Assembly: GCA_010015585.1 (NCBI GenBank)
Contig: ML975149.1
Reading direction: 5' to 3' (one strand)
DNA length: 64,000 nt
Source of the DNA: Eremomyces bilateralis CBS 781.70
Taxonomy: Eukaryota
Shown: positions 49,878 through 62,565 of the stretch, piece after piece
How the letters are laid out: every line of letters starts with the position of its first letter
How positions within the stretch are numbered: the first letter of the stretch is position 1
Position numbers and translations under genes: made by a program
Notes under the pieces: model-generated
Told to the model about the DNA's origin: nothing
Seen by the model: the letters and a program-made list of their open reading frames with translations, nothing else
Databases searched by the model: none

Positions 49878-50106
49878 GGTGGGGATATATTTGGATGTCT
49901 GATTTGGGATGGAAATTGAGCGGTTAGGGTCTACGAGTGTACATTCTGGGGAGTTCGGAGATTTATGTTGCGGTTGAGGAATATCAAAGATGGTGGACAA
50001 AGAAATGATGCCTTTCGTCACGTGATGCATTTACCAGAAGATTTCCGAGATGGCGGTCAAATGCTGTCCTAAATTATGCTACACGCTTCTAATTTCCCTC
50101 TATGGG

Positions 50107-51734
50107 TCATCTGAGTCGGACGAGCATCTTCTCCGCTCCCTCTAATAGGGACCGTACCTCTTCCGCACATCTCGCGATGACTGCTCCGTCAATGACCCTA
50201 TGATCCCCGCTCCAACTGAACACCGCTTCTTCTTTTCTAACCAACTCGCCGTTTTCCCCAAACGCAGGGGTCACTCGAGCTCTCCCGACTCCAAGAATGG
50301 CGACTTGCGGGCCCACGATTACAGGAGCGACTGCCCCGCCACCGATGCTGCCGATGTTGCTCACCGTCATGGTCGCCCCGGAAAGGTCGTTGGCTGAAAG
50401 CTTGCCTTCTTTGGCAACTGCTGATAATCGTGATATCTCGGCCGCGATTGTTGCGATGCTTTGTGTCTGTACATTGCGGATAACGGGGACGAGAAGCCCC
50501 GAAGGTGTATCAACCGCAACCCCGATATTGTGTGAAGCTTTGTGGATTAGAGAGGGACGAGAGGGGTTGCTCGTGGTGTCAAGGTGAGCATTTAGCTGGG
50601 GGAATGAAGTAAGCGCGAGGGAGACGGCTTTGACGATGAAAGCAAGGGGTGTGATCTTTTGGCTTGTCGTTGAGGTATTAAGTTTCCTCCGGAGCTGAGT
50701 CAGGCCCGTAAAGTCGACGTGATCCGTGTAGAGGAAGTGCGGAATCGAGAGGGAGTTGGTCATGACCTTGAACATCTGCTGCTGAATCATGCTTAACGGC
50801 ACCGTCTTGTCCTCGGCCAGAACTCCCACTGGAGCTGTTCTTGTAGCACCCACAGTGTCGGATGGCGAGGCGGAATCCCTGGCGGCGATGAATTTCTGGA
50901 TGTCGTCCTTCGTTACTCTGCCCTCTCTCCCGGATCCTTCTATTTCTGATATGTCGACTTTAAACTCCTTGCTAAGATGTCGAACCGCGGGCGTTGCCAG
51001 GGTCGCATGTTTTCTGCTGTCCATAGGCCGTGAAGCCGTCGACGATCCTACCGCACCGTTCTCCGTCGGAGTAGGTTGTAGCGACGCTCGAGAGGGCTCT
51101 TGCGATTGGGGTGGTTCCTTGGCTGCCGTATCCGTCTCTCCCGGGACTTGGGTGAGGGCCTCGTCTTCGGGCGAGACTTCGCTTTGGATATCGATGTCTA
51201 CTAACGGCTGCATATATATGTTAGCAGATAGTCATGAAATCTCGGGACACGCTTGAGCCACACCTTTCCAACTTTCGCCATATCATCTGCCTCGTAGTGC
51301 AACTTCTTGATGATGCCATCGAATCGGGATGTAATCTACACCTGTGAGTGTCGTATTCCCTCCTACCATTATTGGCTGCCGTACCTCTACCGACGCTTTG
51401 TCTGACTGGACTTCGCATATCTTGTCGAATTGCTCTACCCGTGCTCCTGGCTGCACAAACCACTGGATGATCTGACATTCGGTAATGCCTGGTGATGGAT
51501 TAGTCTCAATCGATTCTTCAGCTGGGGTAGATGAGACTTACCTTCGCCAATATCTGCCAGCAGATATGGCTTCACTACATATTGCCGTGAACTTCCATGA
51601 AACAAATGTCTCTCCGAGGGCTGACACGCTCCCGGTGCTGCAGTTTTGGGAATGCCTGTGGTCCGTAGTTGTGATAATGGTTGTCTTGACCGTCGTAGGA
51701 CGCTATAAGCGATATTTGATGTCCTCGACGCCAT
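50107..51734 (-). CDS. Branched-chain 2-oxo acid dehydrogenase E2 (dihydrolipoamide transacylase), three introns
   Basis: Presequence; lipoyl domain LADIGEG/ITEC..CEVQSDKASVE/ITSRFDG; ATPAVRH; SLSIPHF; SNIGSIGG; catalytic DHRVIDGA. Confidence 0.95.
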
Positions 51735-52028
51735 TGCAATTGTAAATTATTGTGTGTGAAGGACTTCATGTTCGGCAAACGCGCTCTGTATATCTTGAGT
51801 ATGTCACTAACAATCAAGGATGCAAACCCCAAGGTACAGCCGATGGTAGCCGTGTCTTTATCATCGCCGTCATGGTGGCCCGTGCACAGAAGTTATTCAG
51901 AGATGAGAGTTCGGACATTTGAAGATGAGATGAACTGCCGGTACCGGAGGAATATCAACCCAAGGTTGTCTTAAAGTAGCATCAATTGGTCTTTCAAGCG
52001 TGGTACTGCATCGTTTCTCTCCTTATCG

Positions 52029-53042
52029 ATGCAGTCCCAGAGTAACCCCCAGCACAAGCGACAATGGGTTGAGTCGCTATATATCCGGTCCCTTCTGGTA
52101 CAGTTTACCAAACGTCTCCAGCCCTATATCCTGCACCTACTAACGACCAAAGTGAAGGCTGGCGCAGTTGCGGGCACGACCACTGACCTATCCCTTTACC
52201 CCCTCGATACTCTAAAGACCCGCCTCCAATCATCCCAGGGCTTCGCCGCGGCAGGAGGCTTCCGAGGCCTCTTCAAGGGTGTCGGAGCCGCATTCGTCGG
52301 CTCCGCGCCAGGCGCGGCGCTCTTCTTCGTGACGTACGATTCCACGAAACGATATCTGCTGAAAGGGTCGGGCGAGCACAAGAGCCACGGAGCTCTGTCA
52401 TGGATCCCGCCTAGTCTACGAGACCCGACCGCGCACATCGTCGCTGGAAGTCTTGGAGAGCTGGCAGCATGTACGGTCCGGGTGCCGACCGAGGTGGTCA
52501 AGCAGCGTGTACAGGCGTCGCAGCACCCGAGTTCGTTGTCATCTCTGGTCTTCATCCTGTCGAGATGGAGGCATGAAGGAATCGTACATGTCTGGAAGGA
52601 GATGTACCGAGGATGGGGCATCACGGTCATGCGCGAAGTGCCGTTCACCATTATCCAGTTCCCGCTCTGGGAAGGATTCAAGTCTCGGTGGGTTCACAGG
52701 ACTCGGGAGAAGTACGTCGCGGCGCAGAATGCGAAGGGGGCGGTCATCGATCGAAATGTGCTAGAGGAACCGATATCCGCTGCCGCGTCTGCGATCTTCG
52801 GAACGCTTTCCGGTTCATTTGCGGCGGCTATGACGACGCCGTTGGACGTCATGAAGACAAGACTAATGCTTTCAAAGGAGAGGCGGACCTCCGCTTCGGT
52901 GTTGAAGCAAGTTCTTCGAGAGGAAGGATTCCGTGGGCTGTTCTCCGGTCTCGGGCCCCGTGTGATGTGGATTGGTGGAGGAGGATTTATCTTCCTAGGC
53001 AGCTATCAATGGGTTATCAATCAACTTGGAGGCGGAGAATAG
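52029..53042 (+). CDS. SAM5: Mitochondrial S-adenosylmethionine carrier (Pet8/Sam5-like); intron 52098-52157
   Basis: Carrier repeats YPLDTLKTRLQS, VRVPTEVVKQR, TTPLDVMKTR; family motifs GSAPGAALFF and REVPFTIIQFPLWE. Confidence 0.92.
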   Translation: MQSQSNPQHKRQWVESLYIRSLLVQFTKRLQPYILHLLTTKVKAGAVAGTTTDLSLYPLDTLKTRLQSSQGFAAAGGFRGLFKGVGAAFVGSAPGAALFFVTYDSTKRYLLKGSGEHKSHGALSWIPPSLRDPTAHIVAGSLGELAACTVRVPTEVVKQRVQASQHPSSLSSLVFILSRWRHEGIVHVWKEMYRGWGITVMREVPFTIIQFPLWEGFKSRWVHRTREKYVAAQNAKGAVIDRNVLEEPISAAASAIFGTLSGSFAAAMTTPLDVMKTRLMLSKERRTSASVLKQVLREEGFRGLFSGLGPRVMWIGGGGFIFLGSYQWVINQLGGGE

Positions 53043-53270
53043 AGTAGAACATTCATCTCATGCTGATACATGAATATACGATCATGTCACCATGGAAGGC
53101 GTACAATGGACGTATGCCCTTCATAGACCATAGCGTTCAGCTCGCGCTTATACATGATGTTCTATACCCAAAGCCCAGAGCGAACCCAACTGAGTAGAAG
53201 ACCTCCGCCAACCTAGATCCTAAAAACACCCCCGCTACATAAACGAATTCAAATTCCCACCATGTCATGA

Positions 53271-56200
53271 TCATGCCGTCTTCTTCGAAGGATTCCGTCG
53301 CCGCCACTTCACCGTCGCCGACGCATCCACGTAATCATCCTCTTCAACGATCGACTTCTCAGGACCCAGGCTTATGATCTTCACCTGATTGGCAAATCCA
53401 ACGCCGACACTCCACTTTCCCAGCCGTGCCATCGGGCCGGGACGCGATACAAATAGCCCATCAGATACAGGCTTGGTTCTCGATTTGCCCTCCTCCTGGT
53501 TCAGCGGCGATGTTTGGAACTCTCCAGAGGATGAGATCGTCCACACTTCCCATGGCGCCGATAGAATGCGAGAAGAGTTCGGAAGCACTGCGCGGTTGTT
53601 GGATCGAAGGCGGTATTTCGGTGCGCTGGCGGAGTGAGGCAGCGGGATTTTATCGGATTGCATGGCGGAAGTGGTGGAAGCGCTGCCTATCTTGTCGCCG
53701 TTCGTCATGGGTTTTCGCCGTAATCCCACGAGCGACTTGTCAGAGGTGGCTTCCCATGCACCCGGGCACGGAATGGTGTGCACGGCTTCCGTTGCATCGC
53801 CAAGGCCCTTACACGACTTCTGCGACGGATTCGTCGCGTCCCGAAGACAAATCAGAGCAGACTCCCCGCCCTTTGCGGTGAAGGTGTGGAACCTGCAACG
53901 GTCCTCGACCGCGTCGGCGTATGCGATGCAGATGGAGTGCACCGCCGTACCACCACATGAATGACACGATCGTCGCTGTGAATGTAGAAATCGGAAGGAC
54001 GACATTTTAATCTTCCCGAAATGAAGAATTTCGATTTCGCTCAGCGTGGAAGAATCGCATACGATGACCTTGTCGGCGGCCAAGACTGCACACAACCCAA
54101 GCGCGCTGATGCTGACCGTAGCTCGTGGCCGGTAATCTGGATTGATAGCTGTAGTCAGGGGGCTGGAGCCCCAAGAACCGTTCGCGTCTCTGCATGCGAC
54201 GAGCGTCTCTCCTTTCTGGGTGGTGATAAGCAGTCGCGGATGCTGTGATGGCCGGGATATGAGAGTCGAAGAAATAATCCGGCCGTCGTAGACTCGGTGA
54301 GATGGTCGAATGGACGATTGCACCGGATCGATTTCAACAAGCCAGCCCGACGGTGTGACTGTCAAGAGAATGATAGCGCCAACATCGTCATGCGAAATCG
54401 TTGCAAACTGGAAGGTGCACAGGGGGAAATGAGGGAGATCGAGTCGGCATATCCAAGATATTCCTCTCCGTGGGATGCTCCAGATGGCAATTGACCCGCT
54501 CTCGGCGCACATGGCAATCCACGTTCCGGTATCGTCAATCGAGCAGGCCACGATGGGCCAAAGAGGAGGGACCACGGCCATGGTGGCAATAGCGTGCTGG
54601 CTGTATTCGCCGCTTTTGACGTCGTATATGTGGATCGTTACAAGGCGATCAAGCGAGATCGAAACGAAATGGCCTTTCCGGGAGCTGACCAGCTTCGTGA
54701 CGTCTAGAGAGTGTATAATCGGCAAGGAGTTGAAAGTGAAGAGTCGATCCTCAATTTCGACGAGCTCCAAGTCATCCTCAGGGAGCTCTTTGAACAGTAA
54801 GTAGTTCATCAGCAAGGTTATCACGGCGATGGCGAACACAAGACTAATTGTGAAGTGGAAGACATGCTCGGATACGGCTTCCTGGATAGTCGTCAAAATG
54901 GAGTGATTTTGCTCGACTTCCGCATACCGATTGGCTCCGGCGAGCACCACAAACAACGGATCATATACTCGGGCCAAGAAGCTATATCCTCCAGGCTTAA
55001 CAAATCCCACCACTTCCCTCGCGGTTGCATAGTCTTGCATTCGGAGCCATGCCGCTGGGGTCCTGGCTTGGTTGATAGGAGCAGGTGTCGGATGAGCCAA
55101 AGGATGGGATGTATTGCGGCTCGAAAAGACCCATCGAACAAGCTTGAGTATTGAGGCGGGACGGGCAGGATAATCAAAATGCCCATTAAGCGCTAAAACG
55201 AAGCAAATCGTCACCGCAGACCCAGCAATCCGAGTGCTGAACGGTAGCTTGCCTGCAAAGAGTTCCACAAGCCAGTACTTCCGTTCATGCGCCCCTTGTT
55301 TTGGCGGTGTGTTGCCGATAGTAACTTTATCAAGCGAGTCCTGAAGCTCGATTCTCCGGATGTCGACGCTAAGGACTGCGACCAAGAAGGTCAAATGGAA
55401 CATGAAGTCGAAGATAAGGGCGACTGCGGCATATGCGCAGAAGGCCGAGACACCAGGAGATACGACTTTCGAGAGCAACCACAGCACACAGAGGTTCTGA
55501 AATGCGGCAGCTAGGGACAGATGCCCGACATCGCCAAGGGCATTTGCAACTCGGACAATAGCTGAGGTTTGTGGCGGCAACGCGAACACGGCATTTATTA
55601 GACGAAACCTGAAAACGTTAGGATGGACATAATCCAGATACAAGTTGACAACAAGATTCAAGACGGACATATTCTCCAAACCTAGAATGACAACGACGAA
55701 AGGATATACTTCACGCGGGATCCGTGCTAAATCGATTTTCAACAACCCGCAGATCGTGAAACTGGCAACAATGGATACTCCGATCTACTCTCAAGTTAGT
55801 AAGCAGATTACATGACGAGACCCAGCAGCATACCTCCGTGACGATCGCCAGCACCAGTCCAAATCGACTCTTAACCGCCTTTTGATTGCCCAGGCTGATT
55901 GTAAGGTACACTGCCGTCAAGAGATACGCAACCGCAAGCATAAAATCGTCATTAAAACTCAACGGCTGAAACGTAAACTCGTACAACTGGCTTCCTGTAA
56001 CGTTCCCGTCTGAAGGGTAGAAGGTCAAGCGCCCTGCGGATTCGTTGACCAGAGCCTTCATCCGCTCTTCCCACTGTTGTTCGGTGGCGCTCCCCGACCG
56101 GTCAAAGAAAGTGACCACCAGCGCGTCGGCTGCAGCCAGACGGTCCTTCACGAACAATTTTCCCGCAAAAACCGAGGTTGGTCGAAGAGTGAAGTTGAGA

Positions 56201-56835
56201 TAGGTCTGGCACTGGCTCTGGCTGTTGATGGTCGCTAGGATGTCGTCGTCGGACCGGATCGCTGCGGACGAGCAGTTCCAAAACATCAGCGGTGAGTGGA
56301 TGCCCCAGGAAAGGGACAGGGGATTGTCGAATTCGGTGGCTCCATCGAAAACTCCTTGGCCAGACTCCATATCGTTGCCATAGGGAGCTCCGACGAGATG
56401 CTCTTGCACGTCCAATGCCTCCAACAGCAACTCCTTTTCCAGCGCCCTCATATAGCTCCCATGGACCCACACCTGTCGCACTTCCACATCGGCTTTGACA
56501 TCCGGACGCCCTTCATACGCCTTCGCAGATGTCCAGACGTGGTGCGGCAGCTTCCGAAAGCCGGCCGTTGGGTTGTCGTAGAGGAAGAACACCGGGTAGC
56601 AGAGCAACACCGCAATCGCGACCGAGAAGAGAATCCATTGTAGCCAGTGACGCGCAGCGCCGGCCCCGTACCGATAGAAAGTTTTCCGGATCGGGTGATT
56701 CGAGCTCAGATGAGGTGGTTCAGTGGTTCTGGCGACGAGGTTAGATAGTGCGATCGCAGTGTAAGTATGCGGCTGCTGCGGCATATCGCAAAGGAATACT
56801 CACCCTCGGAATGGGTAGAGAAGATACCAAATCAT
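53271..56835 (-). CDS. SREBP cleavage-activating protein (SCAP/Scp1-like): sterol-sensing domain plus C-terminal WD-like region, two introns
   Basis: First exon MIWYLLYPFRG/TTEPP; SSD-like VKSRFGL..YPFVV..ENM..FCAYAAVALIFDF..HLTFLVAVLSVDIRRIELQD; C-terminal HSLDVTKL..SISLDR. Name is from recall of this architecture. Confidence 0.82.
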
Positions 56836-57707
56836 ACGGAATGGTGTGCAGGATTGAGTCCACACCTCGCGACTCGAGCATTTGTGCACGAAGTGGTGCA
56901 AAAGGTAATAATTAGGAATGGTCAGGCGACGAAGCCGGCACCAGGGCGGCGAAACCCACTCCAACCCCAATTACGTAGTGGTCTGAACTAGGATTCGTAT
57001 CGATCGATCGGGTAAGACATACGTAGTACGGAATACGGTAACGATTCCCGTAATCCTGTGTCTCTCGGCCCGTGAACTATTTATCTAGTGTGGTGAGTGG
57101 TCAAACTCCGCGGACTCGGGATCTCATTCGGAAATCCCGAAGAATGGTCGAGTCCCGATTCTCGAAACTTTAAATCAGATTCGTGAATGCTAAGATCGCT
57201 CTCGGCAATGGAGGAAGTACCTACGGAAGTAGAAATATGCATCGTTGAATAATGAATCGAGTGGAGGGAGCCGATATCGATGATTTAATTAGAGGCGCTA
57301 CGGAGGTCCATTTCAAAAGTTATTGCTCGCCAAGGAAGTGGCATGATTATATAAGCAGTTTCGAGAGCCTATGCCACGGGCACTGGACTGCCTATAAACG
57401 GGGCATTTAATTCAAGTCTTATTATAGAGCCTAATTCGAGGCAAGGGCGCCGGGCATTCGATTTACTGCGCCTAGTACCCGCCCGTTGGCTAGGCACCCT
57501 ACTGCCCGTGCGATCGGCTTTCGAACGGCTTATATAATCAAGCCCCTTTCTTGGCGAGCAATAACTTTTGAAATGGGCCTCCGTACTGCAGCTATCTTAA
57601 TTCTTAGCGCCTGGCTTTGTTCATGGTCGGCTGGCGTTTGACTGGCGCCGATAGCCATGATGCGCGAAACCCTTTTGGGCACAATGGCGTTCGGGGAACC
57701 CTTAAGG

Positions 57708-57741
57708 CTCAAGACTCAAGACTCAAGACTCAAGACTCAAG
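57708..57741 (+). repeat. Heptanucleotide microsatellite (CTCAAGA) x about 5
   Basis: ctcaagactcaagactcaagactcaagactcaag read directly. Confidence 0.95.
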
Positions 57742-58740
57742 GGCTCAATCTTGGGACCTCAAGATAGAATATTGGCGACATAAAATGCTAGGATAGAAAA
57801 GGAGTAATTAGCCATTGTTCATGTGAGATAAATAGCGGTTTCGCTCAATCAGGTGATTAATGCAGCGACACAGTGGGAAAACACCATTAGATTCCAAAAG
57901 AGCGTAGATAGATTAACCTTGATCCTGAAGAGCCGGATCCTACGAAAACAGGCTGTTCCTGCAACTATTTTATATGGTTTACAATGGTGATCTTTTCCCT
58001 AAGAAGGGAAAGAATAGGTGTATAGAATCGAATACGGAATGAAGTCGTGGGGAAACGCCAAGAAACACAGATATTCTGTGACAGTTCAAACCCGATTTGG
58101 AGTTCGGACGGTTAAGGGGGCTTTCTCGTTTGGGATGTGGGAAAGGCTATGGTACCAGACTGCAGGCTCCGATCGGGAAGATCTTCTAGCAAGATTGAAG
58201 TCAATAATACCGATTACGATTACCGGATATATTGAAGTAACGTTGATGGAGAAGAGGGGGATTGAAGCTGCAATCAACTGAGCGGATCACAGTGATGCTC
58301 CGAGACCTTTTTCTCGCTCCAATGGCAAACAAATCAGTCATACCAGTTGCGATGGTCCTTTCCGATGTTCTTCATATCAAATCCAAGAGTAATCTAGACT
58401 CGCCATTGATCACCGTCTTTTGTTCCAAGAGGCATGCTTTACCTCTTCTATCCTGAGAACCCAAGATGCGCTATGGACACATACCGGTAAGTAAGTAAGC
58501 TGGCTAATGTACAGTACTGTACTTAGGATTCCAATGCCATGTCTCCATCCTCATCGTTCTTTATGCGCCTGCTCGTTCGCAGCGCGGTCCCGTCGAATGA
58601 ATGCAAGACGACTATCCTCGCAAACGGCCAAAGACTCCTAATTACGGTCGATCAAGCCGGTGTCAAGCTGTCATCCTTCCTAAAGGTTTCTCCACGTATA
58701 ACGATGCCTCCTAGCGTTGTAAGGCTGCCCAATCGATATT

Positions 58741-59964
58741 TCAGTCGTCATCCTCCATGGTTTCGTCATCGCCTGCACTTTCATCATCTTCCCAGTCCTC
58801 GTCCTCATCCTCGTCCTCATCTGCATCCGGCTGCCCAGCCAGCGCGGTCCCCAGCTCCTGCAAGATCTCCTCCGCATGCTCCTTGAGCCTATCATCCTCA
58901 TAGTCCACAAAGTTAAAAAGCCGTAAACACTCCACCAGACACTTCTTGCTCCGTCGTAGCAACGGCAGCGTCCCCTCGCTCACCGGCGCCGATCCCTGCA
59001 GCTCACGGTCGGCGAAGAGCTTGTAGCACCATCCGCACAGATACCACGCCTCCACGCTGCTATCGTCCTCGGCCACGAGCCGGTCCAGCACCTCGCTCGC
59101 TTCCTCGAACATGTCCACTTCCATCAGCAGGCGAGCGAGGCTGATGCGGGCAGGGAATTCCGGGACATCGGGATCCTCGGGCCGCAGATCTTTCCAGATG
59201 TCGATGCTTTTGGAGAGATACTCTCGCGCTTCGGGTTTCTTCGTCTGCGATATCCGCACCGACGCGACCGTTTGCAAAACTTCGGGTCGGTCGGGGCCGA
59301 TTAGAAGGGCTTCTGATACGGCTCGTTCGCATTGTTGCTCGGCTTCAGCGTCGTCGAATCTGCAGGCGCGGGATTAGTCAACTAGAATAACAAATCCGAT
59401 CATCCGCACGTACGACAAGTCCGTCATGAACACCTCCGCAATGCCACACAGCGCCGACGCCAACTTGTGTCGCTTCTCATGCGCCGCCGCGCCCGCCTCC
59501 TCGCCCGGTAAACCCGACAACTCCGCGATCTGCCTCCTTAACACCTCCGCCCCCTTCTCAAACCACCCGATGCTCTCCATCCCCCCTTCCTCACTCAACT
59601 GCGCCAACCAGAGGAACTTCTCCGCGCCGCCTCCTTGCGACTCGGGGATGGACCCGTCGGGGTCCGCTTCGGTCGCGAGGGTGAAGTATTCCCTCGCTTC
59701 GTCCACCAGCCCGAGTTCCACGCAGATTTCTCCGAGTAGTGTGAGCGCGGGGAGCGCGGCGGAGGACTGTTCGGGGGTTTGGAGCTGCTTGTATGCCTTC
59801 ATGGCAGATTTGAGCGCCGCGGTCGGGTCCCCCGTCTGCAATGATGCTGTCGCATGTTCCAAAAGCTCTTGCGCAGGTGGTTGAGGCCGTTCGGACGATT
59901 CGCCGGCCGCCTTGCCGTTCCGCCTGCCTTTTCTGCCCTTCGATGAAGGCTTCGTTTTCGCCAT
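58741..59964 (-). CDS. ACL4: TPR protein, assembly chaperone of Rpl4 (Acl4-like), one intron
   Basis: GGAEKFLWLAQLSEEGG, ALCGIAEVFMTDLS/FDDAEAE, QTVASVRISQ, RISLARLLMEV, DDSSVEAWYL.GW, acidic tail. Confidence 0.88.
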
Positions 59965-60271
59965 TGTCGACGGATTACTTCCAATGGCCAATCGCGAGAT
60001 ATGTAGTGAACGCTTTGAATTATATTTACTCCGGTTATCCTGTCGAAATCGAAGACACCAGTGTTGTGCCTAAGGAAAATCACGGTTGTCGAGGTTGCTG
60101 TGGTTTGTTGTCTCGAATATAAAAATTTCGGTTGACGTAGGACGGCGTCCATCTGGGTGAGCAAGGGTCCCCAACCCAATGTGAACCCCATCTCCACCTT
60201 CAATTCATATCACATAATATGATAATCGATTCTTCCGCAAATTTTCGAAACACATCCCATCATCGAATGCC

Positions 60272-61255
60272 ATGAAGCGGAGCGCCCAACGCACACTCGC
60301 CCTACCATGGGCATACCGGCTCCCAGGGCTCTGCCGGACATGCCAACTCCGCGCCTTCGCTTCCGCACCTCCTCCGAACTCCACGCCCACCAGCCCTCCC
60401 AAACCCGTCTATAGCCCGCCCCCGCGCATCAAAGCCTGGACGAAGCAGGCGGACGAAGATGATTTCGTCCCGAAAATCCTGGGGGCGCCCATTGGGCAGC
60501 GAGCATCGCCGAGGCCGCTGCACGAGCAGGCGCCGATAGCGAAACTTTCGGCGCAGGAACGGAACCTGGAATCGCGGCAGGAATTGTATGGGGTCTATAC
60601 CCGGGCTATGTGCTGACATGATTGAACTGGATGCTTACGCTATTCTAGAGTTAAGGAGTTGTCGAAGAGCTACTTTCGCGACCGGACGAATACGAAATAC
60701 CACAAGGGGAAGACATTCCTCGCGAACCCGCAGATCTTCAAACCCGGACCTGCGCTGTATTTCCCGAACATCCGCGGCACGACATTGGACGCGCCCAAGG
60801 TGCTGTCGGACACCACGTCGGTTCTCCGAGGCAAGGTCTCCGTGGTCACGATCTTCAAGAGCCAGTGGGCGGTTTCACAGGTGGAGTCGTTCGTCGGGAA
60901 GAAGCAGAACCCTGACGTCCACGCACTACTAGACGACCCTCGCGCACAGCTGGTCGAGATCAACGTGGAAACGAATTATGCGCGGGCCTTGATTCAGCGG
61001 CTGTTCCTCGGGAATCTCAAAGGCGAGCGGAAAAGGGAGGACTGGAAGAACTACTTCTTCTTGCGCGAAGGCATCCCGGATAACCTTCGGGAAGCGATCG
61101 GGTATATCAATGGAGAGGTGGGCTACGTGTATCTAGTGGATGAGAATTGCAAGATCAGATGGGCGGCGAGTGCGGAGGCGGAAGGAGACGAGTCACAGTA
61201 TCTCGTGAAAGGCCTGAAGCGATTGTTGGGGGACGTGGCGCCCGCATCGTCGTAG
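60272..61255 (+). CDS. ATP10: Mitochondrial ATP synthase assembly factor Atp10, one intron
   Basis: Presequence; SKSYFRD..YHKGK.F.ANP..ALYFPN; GYVYLVDENCKIRWAAS. Confidence 0.95.
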
Positions 61256-61432
61256 TTGGCTGGAAACCAGCAGCGCATGTCCTTTCAGTAAGGTCATGAC
61301 ATATGTAACATATGTAACAGTAGTGTACAATCGCATCGATCGTATCCGTGATGTCCTGACCGGCCATCCACCATCCGAATCCGCGACCTCGCTCGCCAAC
61401 GCCTGAACTCCGAGCTAAGGGGGTATGCCGTC

Positions 61433-62212
61433 TCAGTGAAAATACAACAGCAACAAGAAACAGAACGCGAGAAATACCCCCAATATGATGCCATCCCTTC
61501 TCCGCTTCGCACCTATCCGCCCGATTAAGGTGTTGATCCCGGGGACCTGGCTCGCGGCCCCCACGATCCGGCGGTTCACGTTCGCGAGCGTCTCTCGCTG
61601 CAGCCCGAAATTCTCGTTGATGGCATACGCCTGCGCCAGCACGCCGTCGGTCAGGTTGTGGCTGTTATCAATTCGCCCCCGCTCGTCCAGCATGTAGTCC
61701 GCCTCCGCCTGGCTGGGGTTTGCAGAGCGGTAGGCGTCGATGTCCGAGCGGACGTTGGAGAGGAGGTTGGCTTTGTTGCGCAGCTCGGTGATGGTGGATT
61801 TTATGCGAGAGAGCTCGCGCTTGTGCTCGGATAATATCTCGCGGTGGCGGGCAAGGTTGTTCTGCTTGAGGGCGGAGGAGGTGAGGGCGGATTCGGAGTC
61901 GAGGAGGCGGGAGAGTTGGCCGATGACGGTTTCTCGCTACGTGGCAGAGTTAGCATGAGGAGAGGCACTGGTGGGATGAGGAATACCTTTGATAGGATCT
62001 CATTCAATTGGGTTTCTGCCCTGGATTCTTCTTCGGTTGGTCTCGAGGGTATGTTGGTCATGGAAGCGAACTGAGAGTACGTATGAAACAGCGTCTCCGT
62101 CTACCATGTGTTAGTGCTAGCAATGCAGTCGGCGTATATATCGTAATACCTGAGTCTCCAGGCTTCTTGCCTGTTGACGCAGCTGTGCCCAGCCACCTCC
62201 AGTGGACGTCAT
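61433..62212 (-). CDS. GOS1: Golgi SNARE Gos1, two introns
   Basis: [70 protein letters not shown] plus a C-terminal membrane anchor. Confidence 0.95.
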
Positions 62213-62565
62213 TTTCAAAAACAGCCCTTATTTTAAGGACAAGTGGAGGAAGCCGGGCTGTTGTTCATCGAATATGGTTTCAATGATGATGCTGATGGTG
62301 ATGGGTTCATCGTGTTCGATGGCGGAGGTCAAGTGGATGAGCGAGATAAGGCATCGAGGCTCTAAGGCTGCTACTAGCCTACTACATATTTGTTTTCAAA
62401 ATTCAACATGCCATCCCTGTCCACACATCACGTGCTGCATTCCCACTAAGCGACTTCACCACACCTCGAATTTCCTCATCTCACGATCAAGTTTCACGAC
62501 GACCACGATCTCACCGCCCGATTCCCGACTTTTGACGAGCACGATACTCGCGCATCCTATTCAAA

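Noticed and set aside
58483..58500. TACTTACC resembling the U1 snRNA 5' end on the minus strand
   Set aside because: Part of a (GTAA)3 repeat; U1 stem-loop motifs and Sm site are absent.
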